Assembly: GCA_048938105.1 (NCBI GenBank)
Contig: JBHLMN010000006.1
Location: 32,001 to 96,000, forward strand
Origin: Promethearchaeota archaeon
GTDB taxonomy: Archaea > Asgardarchaeota > Heimdallarchaeia > Hodarchaeales > Hodarchaeaceae
Length of the DNA stretch: 64,000 bases
Direction of reading: 5' to 3'
The notes beneath the pieces were generated by a model. It made no database searches. It was not told the origin of the DNA and saw only the letters and a program-made list of their open reading frames with translations. Positions 40,407 to 50,765 of the stretch are shown in pieces. How positions within the stretch are numbered: the first letter of the stretch is position 1; each line of letters begins with the position of its first letter. Position numbers and translations under genes: made by a program.

Positions 40407-41133
40407 TTTTTATCCCTCATTTTTAACAAGTATTTTATAATTGAATAACATTAACCTCCATAACATATCTCAGTGGTAGGTTAATAATCTAAGAAAATTC
40501 TGTCACATATATGAATTAGGTAGATAACTTGTTGAATACTCTTAAAAGAGTAACTAAAACAAAGTTAAGCTTTTAGTAAAAGGAATCATCTAAATAATCT
40601 ATATGGAGAGTAATAGTGGATTAGAATGATTTTCCAATCCTCAGACTGGTCTAATACGTCAGTAAATAAATATTACTCTTTTTTTTGCTTAATAAGCGAT
40701 CTTATATCTGTAAATAATTGTGATTGGTGTAGAATGAGAAGTTAATAGGCCCTTAAGGCCAAAAATATTCTATTCTCTCTTCTAAGTATTTTCAATTTCT
40801 TATCACAACTTATAAACATCATTTTCAAAAAAATATTACATCACGGCGGAATATAAAAAGCGAATCCAGAAATAATGGATGACTCTTTGTATTCTCTCAC
40901 TTTTATCACGTTTTTTCTTTGATCTTAGTCTATTAAAGTCTTATAACCTCCAACAACATAGAAATCTATATCAAAGCAGAATTTCGGAATATGTCAGTAC
41001 ATATTTCACTGCTTTTTATCCTTCAAATAGGAAAATAATTACCTGTTACAGTGGATATTGGGCCTTACTTCTTTCTCTATTACTTTACCAGCTTCTGCAT
41101 CTTTAAAAGCTCGCGCCAAGAAGGTATCCTGTC

Positions 41134-44031
41134 ATGGTAGACGAGAAAAAAGAATGTATCTATGTTCAAAATGCTCAGGTCCACAATCTTCGGAATTTGA
41201 CAGTTTCCATCCCTCGTAATCAATTTGTAGTCATTACTGGTGTAAGTGGATCAGGAAAATCAAGCTTGGCATTTGATGTAATTTTTGCAGAGGGACAACG
41301 TCGGTACGTAGAATCGTTAAGTGCCTATGCCCGACAATTCTTAGGAAGAATGCAAAAACCAGACGTAGAACTGATTGAAGGTTTATCTCCAGCAGTTTCT
41401 ATTGAACAGAAAACAACTAGTAAAAATCCCCGATCAACAGTCGGTACGCAAACTGAGATTTTTGATTATTTGCGTTTATTATTTGCTAATATCGGCATTC
41501 CTCACTGTACGTCTTGTGGAAAGGAATTACGGATTCAGACACCTCAATCAATCGTCCGAACAATACTTACTTGGGAAGAAGGAACAAAAATCAAAGTCTT
41601 GGCACCGATCATTAGGGGGAAAAAAGGTACTCACCATACTCAATGGGAACGACTTACAGAAATGGGATTTGTGCGAGTAAGAGTGGACGGAATCGAATAT
41701 GAACTTACAGATCCTCCCCAGCTCGATCGATACAAACTTCACTCCATTGAAGCCATCGTAGATCGACTTATTATTAAACCTAACATACGAAAACGACTAG
41801 TTGAAGCAATAGAACAAGCGCTTGAACTGGGAGATGGAGTGGTAATAATTTCAAAGGTAAATTCTGAACAGGCGGAGGTAAATAATGATTTCTTTTTTAG
41901 TGAGAATTATGCTTGTCCAGACTGTGAACTCTCCTATGAAGAATTGAAACCAAGGAATTTTAGCTTTAATTCGCCATGGGGTTCATGTCCTGAATGTCAG
42001 GGATTAGGGACAACACTACATGTAGACCCAAACTTAGTTATCACTAATCCAAGTTTGTCATTCCGTGAAGGTGGGATATTGGACAAACCTTTGATACCTG
42101 GGTCGTGGCGGTTTTCTTATTTCACCTCCCTTGCGAAAGTTTGGGATGATTTCTCTGTTGATACACCAATCGAGGATCTTTCTGATGAAGTAATAGAGAG
42201 ATTACTTTATGGCTCACAGAAAAGGATGAGTATTGTTTTTGAATCGGAAAGAAGTCGTTGGGAATCCAAACAACATCTTCATGAAGGTATTATTAGAACA
42301 CTATGGCGGAGGTATCAAGACACACAAAGTGAGAGTGCTCGTTCTTATTATGAACGATTTATGAGGAAGGATTTCTGTTCCAGCTGTAAGGGCAAGCGAT
42401 TAAAACCTGAATCCCTTGCTGTCACAGTCCAAGGTAAGAATATCATTGATATTTCAGAAATGACGGTTGATAGATGTTTAACATGGATTAAAAGCATTCG
42501 CTCTCAACTATCAAAGACTCATCTAAAAATTGCTACAAACATTTTACGAGAGATTGAAGCGAGACTAGAATTCCTTATTTCAGTAGGATTACCCTACTTG
42601 ACATTAGATCGAACTTCAATGACACTCTCAGGTGGAGAATCTCAAAGAATTCGTCTCGCAACGCAAATTGGATCTGCGTTAGTTGGTGTGACCTATGTAT
42701 TAGATGAACCTAGTATTGGACTTCATGCTCGAGATCAACAAAAACTTCTAACATCATTAAAGAATCTTCGGGCAATAGGAAACACAGTCCTTGCTGTTGA
42801 ACATGATCACCAAACAATATTAGCAGCAGATCATGTTATTGACCTCGGCCCTGGTCCAGGTATTCATGGAGGCACCCTAGTTGTCCAAGGGACACCAAAA
42901 GACATAATGAATTGTACTAATTCCACGACTGGAGCTTATCTTTCAGGAAAAAAGAGAATAGAAATACCAAAATATCGAAAAACTGGCAATGGAGAGACAA
43001 TCAAGATAATAGGTGCGACAGCAAATAACCTGAAGAATATTGATGTAGAATTTCCATTAGGCCGTTTTATTTGCATTACAGGTGTTTCAGGATCAGGTAA
43101 ATCAACATTAATGAACGATACATTGTATAGGGGCCTCATGAAATACCTTCACAGGTCACGAGAAAACGTTGGACCTCATAAAAAATTTGAAGGACTAGAA
43201 TTTATTGATAAAGTGATCAACATCGATCAAAGTCCTATCGGTAGAACACCTAGGTCAAATCCTGCAACTTACACTGGTGTTTGGAATAATATCAGAGCAT
43301 TATTCGCTCAGACACAAGAAGCGAAAGTAAGGGGATATAAACAGGGTCGTTTTAGTTTTAACGTTAAAGGTGGCCGGTGTGAGGCATGTCATGGTGGAGG
43401 ACAGATTAAGATTGAACTATCATTCTTACCAGATGTCTGGATTACTTGTGATGATTGCAAAGGTAAACGTTACAACACTGAGACATTAGAAATTCGTTAC
43501 AAAGGAAAAAATATATCTGATGTCTTAAACATGACTGTTGAGGAAGCATTAGATTTCTTTGCATATATTCCGAAAATAAAACACAAATTACAAACTATAG
43601 TAGACGTAGGTTTGAGTTATATCCAATTAGGTCAGCCTGCAACAACCTTATCAGGAGGGGAAGCACAACGTGTCAAATTATCTAAAGAGCTTTCAAAAAG
43701 ATCTACTGGTAAAACATTTTACATTCTAGATGAGCCAACAACAGGTCTTTCAACACATGACATCTCATATCTTTTAGCTGTTCTTCAAAGACTGGTTAAA
43801 GAAGGTAATACAGTTGTGGTTATAGAACATAATCTTGATGTTATCAAAACTGCTGATTGGATTATAGAATTAGGACCTGAAGGTGGGGATAATGGAGGAG
43901 AAGTGCTTGCCACAGGAACCCCAGAGGATATTTCTCAAATTGAATGTCCAACTGGTAGTTATTTACAGGGAATATTTCATTCAAGGGATGCAAAAACACA
44001 ACTAACATCATCAATTGAAACGAGTAATTAG
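41134..44031 (+). CDS. uvrA: Excinuclease ABC subunit A
   Basis: Two GVSGSGKS Walker A motifs, AEGQRRYVESLS, LSGGESQR/LSGGEAQR, zinc-finger cysteines, PIGRTPRSNPATY. Confidence 0.98.
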   Translation: MVDEKKECIYVQNAQVHNLRNLTVSIPRNQFVVITGVSGSGKSSLAFDVIFAEGQRRYVESLSAYARQFLGRMQKPDVELIEGLSPAVSIEQKTTSKNPRSTVGTQTEIFDYLRLLFANIGIPHCTSCGKELRIQTPQSIVRTILTWEEGTKIKVLAPIIRGKKGTHHTQWERLTEMGFVRVRVDGIEYELTDPPQLDRYKLHSIEAIVDRLIIKPNIRKRLVEAIEQALELGDGVVIISKVNSEQAEVNNDFFFSENYACPDCELSYEELKPRNFSFNSPWGSCPECQGLGTTLHVDPNLVITNPSLSFREGGILDKPLIPGSWRFSYFTSLAKVWDDFSVDTPIEDLSDEVIERLLYGSQKRMSIVFESERSRWESKQHLHEGIIRTLWRRYQDTQSESARSYYERFMRKDFCSSCKGKRLKPESLAVTVQGKNIIDISEMTVDRCLTWIKSIRSQLSKTHLKIATNILREIEARLEFLISVGLPYLTLDRTSMTLSGGESQRIRLATQIGSALVGVTYVLDEPSIGLHARDQQKLLTSLKNLRAIGNTVLAVEHDHQTILAADHVIDLGPGPGIHGGTLVVQGTPKDIMNCTNSTTGAYLSGKKRIEIPKYRKTGNGETIKIIGATANNLKNIDVEFPLGRFICITGVSGSGKSTLMNDTLYRGLMKYLHRSRENVGPHKKFEGLEFIDKVINIDQSPIGRTPRSNPATYTGVWNNIRALFAQTQEAKVRGYKQGRFSFNVKGGRCEACHGGGQIKIELSFLPDVWITCDDCKGKRYNTETLEIRYKGKNISDVLNMTVEEALDFFAYIPKIKHKLQTIVDVGLSYIQLGQPATTLSGGEAQRVKLSKELSKRSTGKTFYILDEPTTGLSTHDISYLLAVLQRLVKEGNTVVVIEHNLDVIKTADWIIELGPEGGDNGGEVLATGTPEDISQIECPTGSYLQGIFHSRDAKTQLTSSIETSN

Positions 44032-44086
44032 ACTTAATTGATAATATACACTCAAATTTTTAACTTTCAATACTTATACTAGTTTT

Positions 44087-45517
44087 ATGCTTCATTTAAC
44101 TTTACTCACCTCCAAAGAACAAGAGATGATACATACAGCGGCATTAAATGTCTTGGAATCAGTTGGGTGTGAAATTCGGGATAAAAGATGGCTTAATGAA
44201 CTCGATAAAGCGGGAGCTAAAGTCGAGAATAAGAGTTCAAGGGTTTTTATTACTGATGAAGACTTAATTAATACTTCTATTGAAACATGTGGTCGAAAAA
44301 TAAAAAAACTGGCTCGAAATCCAAAAAATGATTTTGTTTTAGGTACAAACCATCCTAAAACTCATACACCTGAAGGTATGACGCATATCATTGATTTAAA
44401 GACAGCCAAAAGACGAGAATCACTATTATCTGATGTAAAAGAAATTGCAATAATCTGTGATAGCTTAACTAATGTAGATGCAATTATAAGTCCAATTGTC
44501 CCCAATGATGTCCCCCCACCCCTTCAATCTATCATATCTATGAAAGTTCTTCTAGAGAACTCTTCAAAACCTGTCATTCCTGGTGGGACCGCATTAAACA
44601 GGACTTTACCTTACATCTTTAAAATGAAACAAGCAATAGCAGGAGATCGTGATATTACTGAGTACAGTCTTGGGGTTGGTGTTTTTGCCACAAGTCCCTT
44701 AAAGTATTCTCCTGAACAATTAGATCTTCTATGGCAAAGTACTGAGATCGGTACTCCTTGTTCGGTGGGTTCTGCGCCTCAAGCAGGTTCAACAGCCCCA
44801 GCTTACCTAGCTGGTATGTTAACTCAATTTACTGCCGAAGTATTGATGGGACTTGTTATGGCACAGGTGAAGAGGCCTGGGTTGAGTCAGTATATTTATG
44901 TCCGTACTTATCTTATCAATCCTCGAATGGGAAGTCTCAATTCAAGTAGTCCAGAAGTTGGACTTATTCAAGCAGCAGCAACACAGCTATTCAAAGAAAA
45001 ATATCAAATCCCTGTAGATTCAGGTTGGGCTGTTAGTGATTCTCACATAGTAGGGTCTCAGGCTACCTATGAGAAAAGCTATATTTGGTTAATGAGTATG
45101 TTAGCTGGGGCAGACATGGTTTCAGGAATTAGTGGCCTTAGCAGCGGTCTGACTGCCTCGATTTCGCAAGCTGTAATTGATAATGAAATAATTGGTTATT
45201 TACGTCAGGGATGCTCAAGAATACTTGTTGACGACATGCATTTGAGTATCGAAATGATCAAAAATATCGGTATTGATGGTACATTTCTAACTCATCCTAA
45301 AACTGGGAAAATTATACGTCAAGAACGGTGGTTTCCAGATCTATCAACTCATGACCGTCATGAGATCTGGGAAGCAGCTGGTTCATATGGATTAGTGAGA
45401 ACAGCAGGTAAAAAAGCTTTAGAAATCCTTGAAAGCCATGAAGCCGAACCATTGGATTCCGATCTAAAGAAAACTTTGGACAAAATCGTCCATAAGGCAA
45501 AAAAACAATTAATTTAG
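44087..45517 (+). CDS. Trimethylamine methyltransferase (MttB) family protein, non-pyrrolysine type
   Basis: IH.AAL.VLE.VG, TSPLKY, GSTAP..LAG, SDSH...QATYEK, VIDNEI, G.FL.H..T. No in-frame TAG. Confidence 0.88.
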   Translation: MLHLTLLTSKEQEMIHTAALNVLESVGCEIRDKRWLNELDKAGAKVENKSSRVFITDEDLINTSIETCGRKIKKLARNPKNDFVLGTNHPKTHTPEGMTHIIDLKTAKRRESLLSDVKEIAIICDSLTNVDAIISPIVPNDVPPPLQSIISMKVLLENSSKPVIPGGTALNRTLPYIFKMKQAIAGDRDITEYSLGVGVFATSPLKYSPEQLDLLWQSTEIGTPCSVGSAPQAGSTAPAYLAGMLTQFTAEVLMGLVMAQVKRPGLSQYIYVRTYLINPRMGSLNSSSPEVGLIQAAATQLFKEKYQIPVDSGWAVSDSHIVGSQATYEKSYIWLMSMLAGADMVSGISGLSSGLTASISQAVIDNEIIGYLRQGCSRILVDDMHLSIEMIKNIGIDGTFLTHPKTGKIIRQERWFPDLSTHDRHEIWEAAGSYGLVRTAGKKALEILESHEAEPLDSDLKKTLDKIVHKAKKQLI

Positions 45518-45765
45518 TTTCAGTATATCTCAAAAATACGATCTTCTAAACAAAAATTATTAAAGTAATTTATATTAAAGTACAAGCAGATAGCAGGATT
45601 AAAACAAGTGTCTTGATTACTTGCAATTCCTATTAGCAAGGAAATAATCAACAACGAGAATAATACTCGGGTGTGGAAGAATTTAAGTGCAATTTTCTTT
45701 CAAAAGACATTAGTTGTGCCAATTCATGCTTTTATGATAATTTAACAATATAGAAGGAAAATAAA

Positions 45766-45906
45766 ATGAAAAAAAACAATATGACAAAAAAATACGATGG
45801 AACAGCCCTTTTTGGTTCGATTATTAGATCACTTTTTACACCTATAAAAGACACAAGACGACCAAAAAAGGAAGGGTATGTTCCGATAAATCTACGTAGA
45901 GCCTAA
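45766..45906 (+). CDS. Possible small basic protein (46 aa), not in ORF track
   Basis: MKKNNMTKKYDGTALFGSIIRSLFTPIKDTRRPKKEGYVPINLRRA*, with AAGGA upstream and a T-rich tract downstream. Confidence 0.3.
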   Translation: MKKNNMTKKYDGTALFGSIIRSLFTPIKDTRRPKKEGYVPINLRRA

Positions 45907-45986
45907 AAAGCTCTCTTTCTATCTATTTTTCACTAATTTTTATAGAATAGTTTTAACTAGGGATTAAGTACCACGAGTTTGCCTCA

Positions 45987-47375
45987 TTACTCAACTATAG
46001 GCTTAAATCTCCCAGTAAAATGTCGAAGAATACCTGGATCATAAATGATTTTCATTCCAGTTATCTCTGTTCTGTTTTTATAGAGATCTACAACAGAATC
46101 GATAACATAATTGAGATGTTCCTGAGAATACACTCTCCTTGGGATTGCTAATCGAACTTGTTCCAACTCTGGATATATCCATTCCCCATTTTCCTGTTGA
46201 CGCCCAAATGCCACAGAACCTAGCTCAGCTGCGCGAATGCCATAACGCTCATATAAAGCTATCGTAAGAGCCCAACCTGGAAATCTTGATTGCGGGATAT
46301 GAGGGAGGAAACTTTTTACATCCAAATTAATAGAATGCCCTCCAACTGGTTTTATAAATGGAACTCCACCTTTTTCCAACCCTTTTGCTAAATATTCAAG
46401 CTGTTGATGCCGATATTCAAGATAATCCTCATGCAATACTTCAGTTAATCCTCTGGCAATAGCCTCTAAATCACGTCCAGCAAGTCCACCATATGTAGGA
46501 AATCCTTCTATTACGGTCATTCTTTCTGTGATTCGACGATAGATTTGTTTATCATTAAGCGCGATAAATCCACCAATATTTACTAGGCCATCTTTTTTTG
46601 CGCTTACCATACAACCATCAGCATAAGAAAACATCTTTTGGGCGATCTCTTTAGGTGAAAGATGTTGATACCCCTTTTCCCGTAGTTTTATGAAGTACGC
46701 ATTCTCTGCAAAACGGGCTGCATCTAGGAAAAAAGGTATCTTATTTTTCTTAGCAATTCTTGAAACTTCAGCCATATTTGCAAGTGAAACAGGTTGGCCT
46801 CCTCCAGCATTGTTCGTCACGGTGATAACAATCAACGAGACATTACTTTCGTTTTGAATATAATCTTCTAAAGCTTTTGTATTAAGATTTCCTTTAAAAG
46901 CATGGATTAATGATTGTTTAAAAGCCTCTGGTATGACAAAATCGTGAGCTTTTGCGCCTGCTATTTCAATATTTGCACGTGTAGTATCAAAGAATTGGTT
47001 AGAAACAGTCACCTTTGTACGATCAAGATTAAATGCATAACAAATTAAATTTTCAGCACTCCGCCCTTGGTGAGTAGGAATAACGTATTTATACCCAGTT
47101 ATATCTTGAATAACACTCTGAAAATTGAAAAAATTTTTACATTGTGCATATGATTCGTCTCCCAACATGATTCCAGCCCATTGATTATCAGACATGGCTG
47201 AAGTTCCAGAATCTGTCAATAAGTCAATGTATATGTTTTCTGCGGCAATGTTGAAAAAATTATATCCTGCTTCTTCTAACCATTTCTTTCGTTGTTTCCG
47301 TGTAGTTTTTTTAATGGGTTCAATAACTTTAATTTTGAAAGGTGGTGGATTTAGTTTTTGATTAAAATCTGACAT
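45987..47375 (-). CDS. tnaA: Tryptophanase (beta-eliminating lyase)
   Basis: IDLLTDSGT, GDESYA, THQGR.AE, SAKKD (PLP Lys), EGFPTYGGL. IRAAELGS and LRHFT favour tryptophanase over tyrosine phenol-lyase (MERG/RFFT). Confidence 0.88.
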   Translation of the reverse strand: MSDFNQKLNPPPFKIKVIEPIKKTTRKQRKKWLEEAGYNFFNIAAENIYIDLLTDSGTSAMSDNQWAGIMLGDESYAQCKNFFNFQSVIQDITGYKYVIPTHQGRSAENLICYAFNLDRTKVTVSNQFFDTTRANIEIAGAKAHDFVIPEAFKQSLIHAFKGNLNTKALEDYIQNESNVSLIVITVTNNAGGGQPVSLANMAEVSRIAKKNKIPFFLDAARFAENAYFIKLREKGYQHLSPKEIAQKMFSYADGCMVSAKKDGLVNIGGFIALNDKQIYRRITERMTVIEGFPTYGGLAGRDLEAIARGLTEVLHEDYLEYRHQQLEYLAKGLEKGGVPFIKPVGGHSINLDVKSFLPHIPQSRFPGWALTIALYERYGIRAAELGSVAFGRQQENGEWIYPELEQVRLAIPRRVYSQEHLNYVIDSVVDLYKNRTEITGMKIIYDPGILRHFTGRFKPIVE

Positions 47376-47456
47376 ATTGATCTCTTCCTATAAATTATAT
47401 ACTAATTAACCACATATTCATCAAAAATTAAGAATGTAGCTACGGGTGTTTGTTTG

Positions 47457-48881
47457 TTAGATAGCACGAGCTTCTTCCATTTTTTTTTCAAACTGAGTCT
47501 GCCATATTGGGTAATCAGTTGGATTATCAGGATATTCTGTAAACAGTTTCTCGAAGAATTGGGCTCCTTTGAGTATTTTGTAAAGCTGAAGGAGAATACC
47601 ATATCGAGGAAAGGATTTGATACCAATTGTTAATTTCTCGCTGAATCCCAGCGCTTTCCCTGCGTGTAGATTTACAAATTGTTCTTGATTCAATATTTTC
47701 CTCTTTAGTAAGAATTCAACTCCTGAAACCTTGATTCGCCGTAAAGCTGCGGTGAATAGTTGTACTTTGGTGTGACTAAGACCGAAATGTTTCATAATAT
47801 CAACATTATACTGCCATAACTGTTTTTCAGAAACGTCGTTCACCTCAATCGCTTCTGCTGTTGCCTTTCCAGCATAATAACCTGCAGTCAGCGCTGGGCC
47901 GTGTCCTTCTGCTGATAATGGATTTACATGAAATGCAGCGTCACCTGCAGTCAAAAATCCTGATGCTACAGCATTCGTCATTGGATAACGAGTCGGTATG
48001 GTGTAACCTCCTTTCTCTTCTACCTCGTACGAGCCAGGAGGATAATAATATTTGTGTAAAACTTCCCAAAAACGTTCTTTCATTCCTCTCATTCTAGGTT
48101 CAAGAAACCAACCAATTCCAACATTAAGTCGTTTTGAACCTTTAGTAAAGACCCAAAAATAACCAGGTTCAGGGATTTCTTTGCGATAGATCAAAAAAAT
48201 CTTATTATGATAAGGATGATCTTCTCCTTTTAATCTAATAATTTCACGATAAGAAACAGCAACATCTCGCTTCTCCATCGTCTTTTCAAGAAAAGGAAAG
48301 CCATCTTTTGGGAGAGTTTTACGTATTTGGAAATTTCTGCCAGAACAATCAATTGTAATTCTCGCTCGGATTTCGTATGTTTGTTTGTTCTTTCTATCCT
48401 CAACTACTGCTCCTTTTACGACATCAGCGTCAGTGATCGCCTTAATACCTTTGGTCTCTGGTCGTACTTCAACACCATATTCTTCAGCTGTCCTCAAAAG
48501 CCGCTGACCATAGGGGTGACGATTTAGAACATAACCATCCCCTCGTATCGGAAAATCAGCTTTAGTTGTTTTAAATATTAAATGCTCTACAAAATCGGCA
48601 ACTTCTTCCCCGTGAGGCTTTTCAATACCTAGCTTCTCTTCTAGGAATGTCGCTGGTGCCAAATTTAACGCATCACCACAAACTTTGTTTCCGATTTCTT
48701 CATGTGCTTTTGCATCAATCAAAATTACATCTCGACCCATTTTAGCTGCTGTTAAAGCCGAAATTACCCCTGCAGGGCCCCCACCAACAACTAAAACCTC
48801 AGTTTCTACCATAACATTCACACCAAGCGTAGGAGGAGGCAATGACTTATCAGTTAAAAACTCCTCACCTTTATTTCTCAT
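47457..48881 (-). CDS. Geranylgeranyl reductase family flavoprotein (DGGGPL reductase-like); alternative start ATG 48812
   Basis: VVGGGPAG, KVCGDA, PGYFWVF, NVGIG, AGDAA.HVNP..AEG. Confidence 0.88.
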   Translation of the reverse strand: MRNKGEEFLTDKSLPPPTLGVNVMVETEVLVVGGGPAGVISALTAAKMGRDVILIDAKAHEEIGNKVCGDALNLAPATFLEEKLGIEKPHGEEVADFVEHLIFKTTKADFPIRGDGYVLNRHPYGQRLLRTAEEYGVEVRPETKGIKAITDADVVKGAVVEDRKNKQTYEIRARITIDCSGRNFQIRKTLPKDGFPFLEKTMEKRDVAVSYREIIRLKGEDHPYHNKIFLIYRKEIPEPGYFWVFTKGSKRLNVGIGWFLEPRMRGMKERFWEVLHKYYYPPGSYEVEEKGGYTIPTRYPMTNAVASGFLTAGDAAFHVNPLSAEGHGPALTAGYYAGKATAEAIEVNDVSEKQLWQYNVDIMKHFGLSHTKVQLFTAALRRIKVSGVEFLLKRKILNQEQFVNLHAGKALGFSEKLTIGIKSFPRYGILLQLYKILKGAQFFEKLFTEYPDNPTDYPIWQTQFEKKMEEARAI

Positions 48882-49007
48882 CTTTCAATCATAAGTTTAG
48901 AAGTATATTTTTCCCTGAATAAGTCTGGTTTCGCAAAATATCAACGGTATAATATCTAACATAATCCTTATAATTTCTGGATATTGGGAAAAATCCGGTT
49001 TATTCGA

Positions 49008-49928
49008 ATGGCTAAACATGATCGTTTGATAACGTTGAAAGAGGCGGTGATTTATTCCAATCATGTAGAGGAAAACATCCGCCTACAGATCGAACGAGGT
49101 GCATTGAAAAAATATGATAAAAAGGGAAATCTACTGGAAGATCCTTTAAGAGTGAAAGGTTTCTTTAAACTATCTGAATTGATGTCAGTTTATGATATAA
49201 AGGATCCTGAGGCTGTTAAAAAACGTTTTCTTTCACGAAAGATCAGGAGGGATAGTGCTAAGAATATAAATCCCAAAACAACAGTCTTACTACGATCCTT
49301 TGAAATGAATAACTTGAAGAAAGTGATGGATAATAGTATTGATACTTGGATTCTTTCACCAAGATTCACATTAAACGAAAAGGAGGATAAAGTAACATAT
49401 AGTGAGATTTCTAAATCACTAGTTTTAAGAGAAGTTCATAGTTACTTGAAAGAATCCCAGCGGATTCTAAGACCTAAGGGCAATGTCATAATCCATTCCA
49501 TTCCACGATTTCTCCCTTATTTTGGTCTACAACTTAATAAGTTGGGATTTTTCTTTAAATACTGGATTGTTTATCCAAAGAAAAATTCAATTCAGCAAAA
49601 TTTGAAGAAATTTGTCCCCTTAGCAAATGGAATTCTTTATTATGTAAAATCTCCCAAGAATTTTAGGATTAATCGTGTAAGGATACCTTATCGGCATTGT
49701 TCTTTCTGTAATGAACCACTAAAGGATTATGGTGGAAAAAAACACCTAAGACATGTAGATGGAATGGTTTTGTCAGATATATGGCATTTAGATCACAATC
49801 CTACAGACCAAAATCTACCCTCTGAAATCTCTTCCTTTATTTTAAGACGATTAATTGATCTTTCTTGTACATCAGAGTCGTCCCTGCTACTTGCGCCATT
49901 TGATGGAGAAATTTCTAATGAATTTTGA
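49008..49928 (+). CDS. HTH + degenerate beta-class amino-methyltransferase-like protein
   Basis: N-terminal LITLKEA...IR..I..G.L HTH. SIDTWILSPRF replaces DPPY; RILRPKG, CSFC..LKDYGGKK and SDIW present. Ends right after LAPFDG (motif I remnant). Confidence 0.65.
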   Translation: MAKHDRLITLKEAVIYSNHVEENIRLQIERGALKKYDKKGNLLEDPLRVKGFFKLSELMSVYDIKDPEAVKKRFLSRKIRRDSAKNINPKTTVLLRSFEMNNLKKVMDNSIDTWILSPRFTLNEKEDKVTYSEISKSLVLREVHSYLKESQRILRPKGNVIIHSIPRFLPYFGLQLNKLGFFFKYWIVYPKKNSIQQNLKKFVPLANGILYYVKSPKNFRINRVRIPYRHCSFCNEPLKDYGGKKHLRHVDGMVLSDIWHLDHNPTDQNLPSEISSFILRRLIDLSCTSESSLLLAPFDGEISNEF

Positions 49929-50718
49929 AAATTCCATAATTACTGGGGATTGCATTGAAGAAATGAAGAAATTACCCTCTGAGATTGTTGATCTCGCATT
50001 TGCAGACCCTCCTTACAATTTAGAGAAAGATTATGGAATATATGAGGATTCCAATACCGCAGGTAACTATATCAACTGGACAGAGAAATGGTTAACCGAA
50101 ATTATACGGTTATTGAAGCCAGATGGGTCTTTTTATTTATTAAATCTTCCAAAATGGACTCTATATCATGCTGTGTTTTTAGATCAATTTTTGTATCGTC
50201 AGAATACAATTGCATGGGATGCTTTATCCACACCCCGAGGTAAGATAATGCCAGCTCATTATTCTTTACTTTATTATACCAAATCACCTCATGAATATAC
50301 CTTTAACAAATTAACCACAAAGCACAATTGGACGCATTGCGCCCGTGTAAAGTGTATTAAGCAACGAAATGCATCTTCATTAGTCGAACAGCCATTTTCA
50401 GACATTTGGACTAATATTTATAGAGTCAAACACCGAAGAAAGAGACATGCCCATCATCCTACCCAATTACCATTAACATTTATGGAAAGAATAATCTTAA
50501 CCTCTTCTAATGAAGGAGATATGGTATTCGATCCATTTCTTGGTGTAGGAACAACTACAATTGTAGCTAAACTCCTAAGACGAAAGTTCTTAGGTATTGA
50601 AATCAACCCTGTATATGTTCAAGAATCACTTAGAAAATTAAACCAAGTCTCATCATATCAGTCTCGTCTTGAATTTCAAAATAAACAACAAATAATGGAT
50701 CTTGAAAGATTTCTTTAA
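49918..50718 (+). CDS. Site-specific DNA methyltransferase, N4-C/N6-A beta class
   Basis: GDCIE.M, FADPPYN, HPTQLP, DPFLGVGTT, GIEINP. ATG 49918 has a GGAG RBS and overlaps the upstream stop. Confidence 0.92.
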   Translation: MNFENSIITGDCIEEMKKLPSEIVDLAFADPPYNLEKDYGIYEDSNTAGNYINWTEKWLTEIIRLLKPDGSFYLLNLPKWTLYHAVFLDQFLYRQNTIAWDALSTPRGKIMPAHYSLLYYTKSPHEYTFNKLTTKHNWTHCARVKCIKQRNASSLVEQPFSDIWTNIYRVKHRRKRHAHHPTQLPLTFMERIILTSSNEGDMVFDPFLGVGTTTIVAKLLRRKFLGIEINPVYVQESLRKLNQVSSYQSRLEFQNKQQIMDLERFL

Positions 50719-50765
50719 CAAAATCTCTTTTAAATTTTTTCACTAGGACCCCATAGTGATCAAAA

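Noticed and set aside
40879-41106. 75-aa ORF upstream of uvrA
   Set aside because: Low-complexity AT-rich translation, no clear RBS or motif. Probably promoter DNA.
44087-45517. Pyrrolysine-containing MttB
   Set aside because: The ORF is full length with no internal amber codon.
45987-47375. Tyrosine phenol-lyase
   Set aside because: It lacks the MERG Arg and RFFT Phe diagnostic of TPL, and has the tryptophanase-type RHFT.
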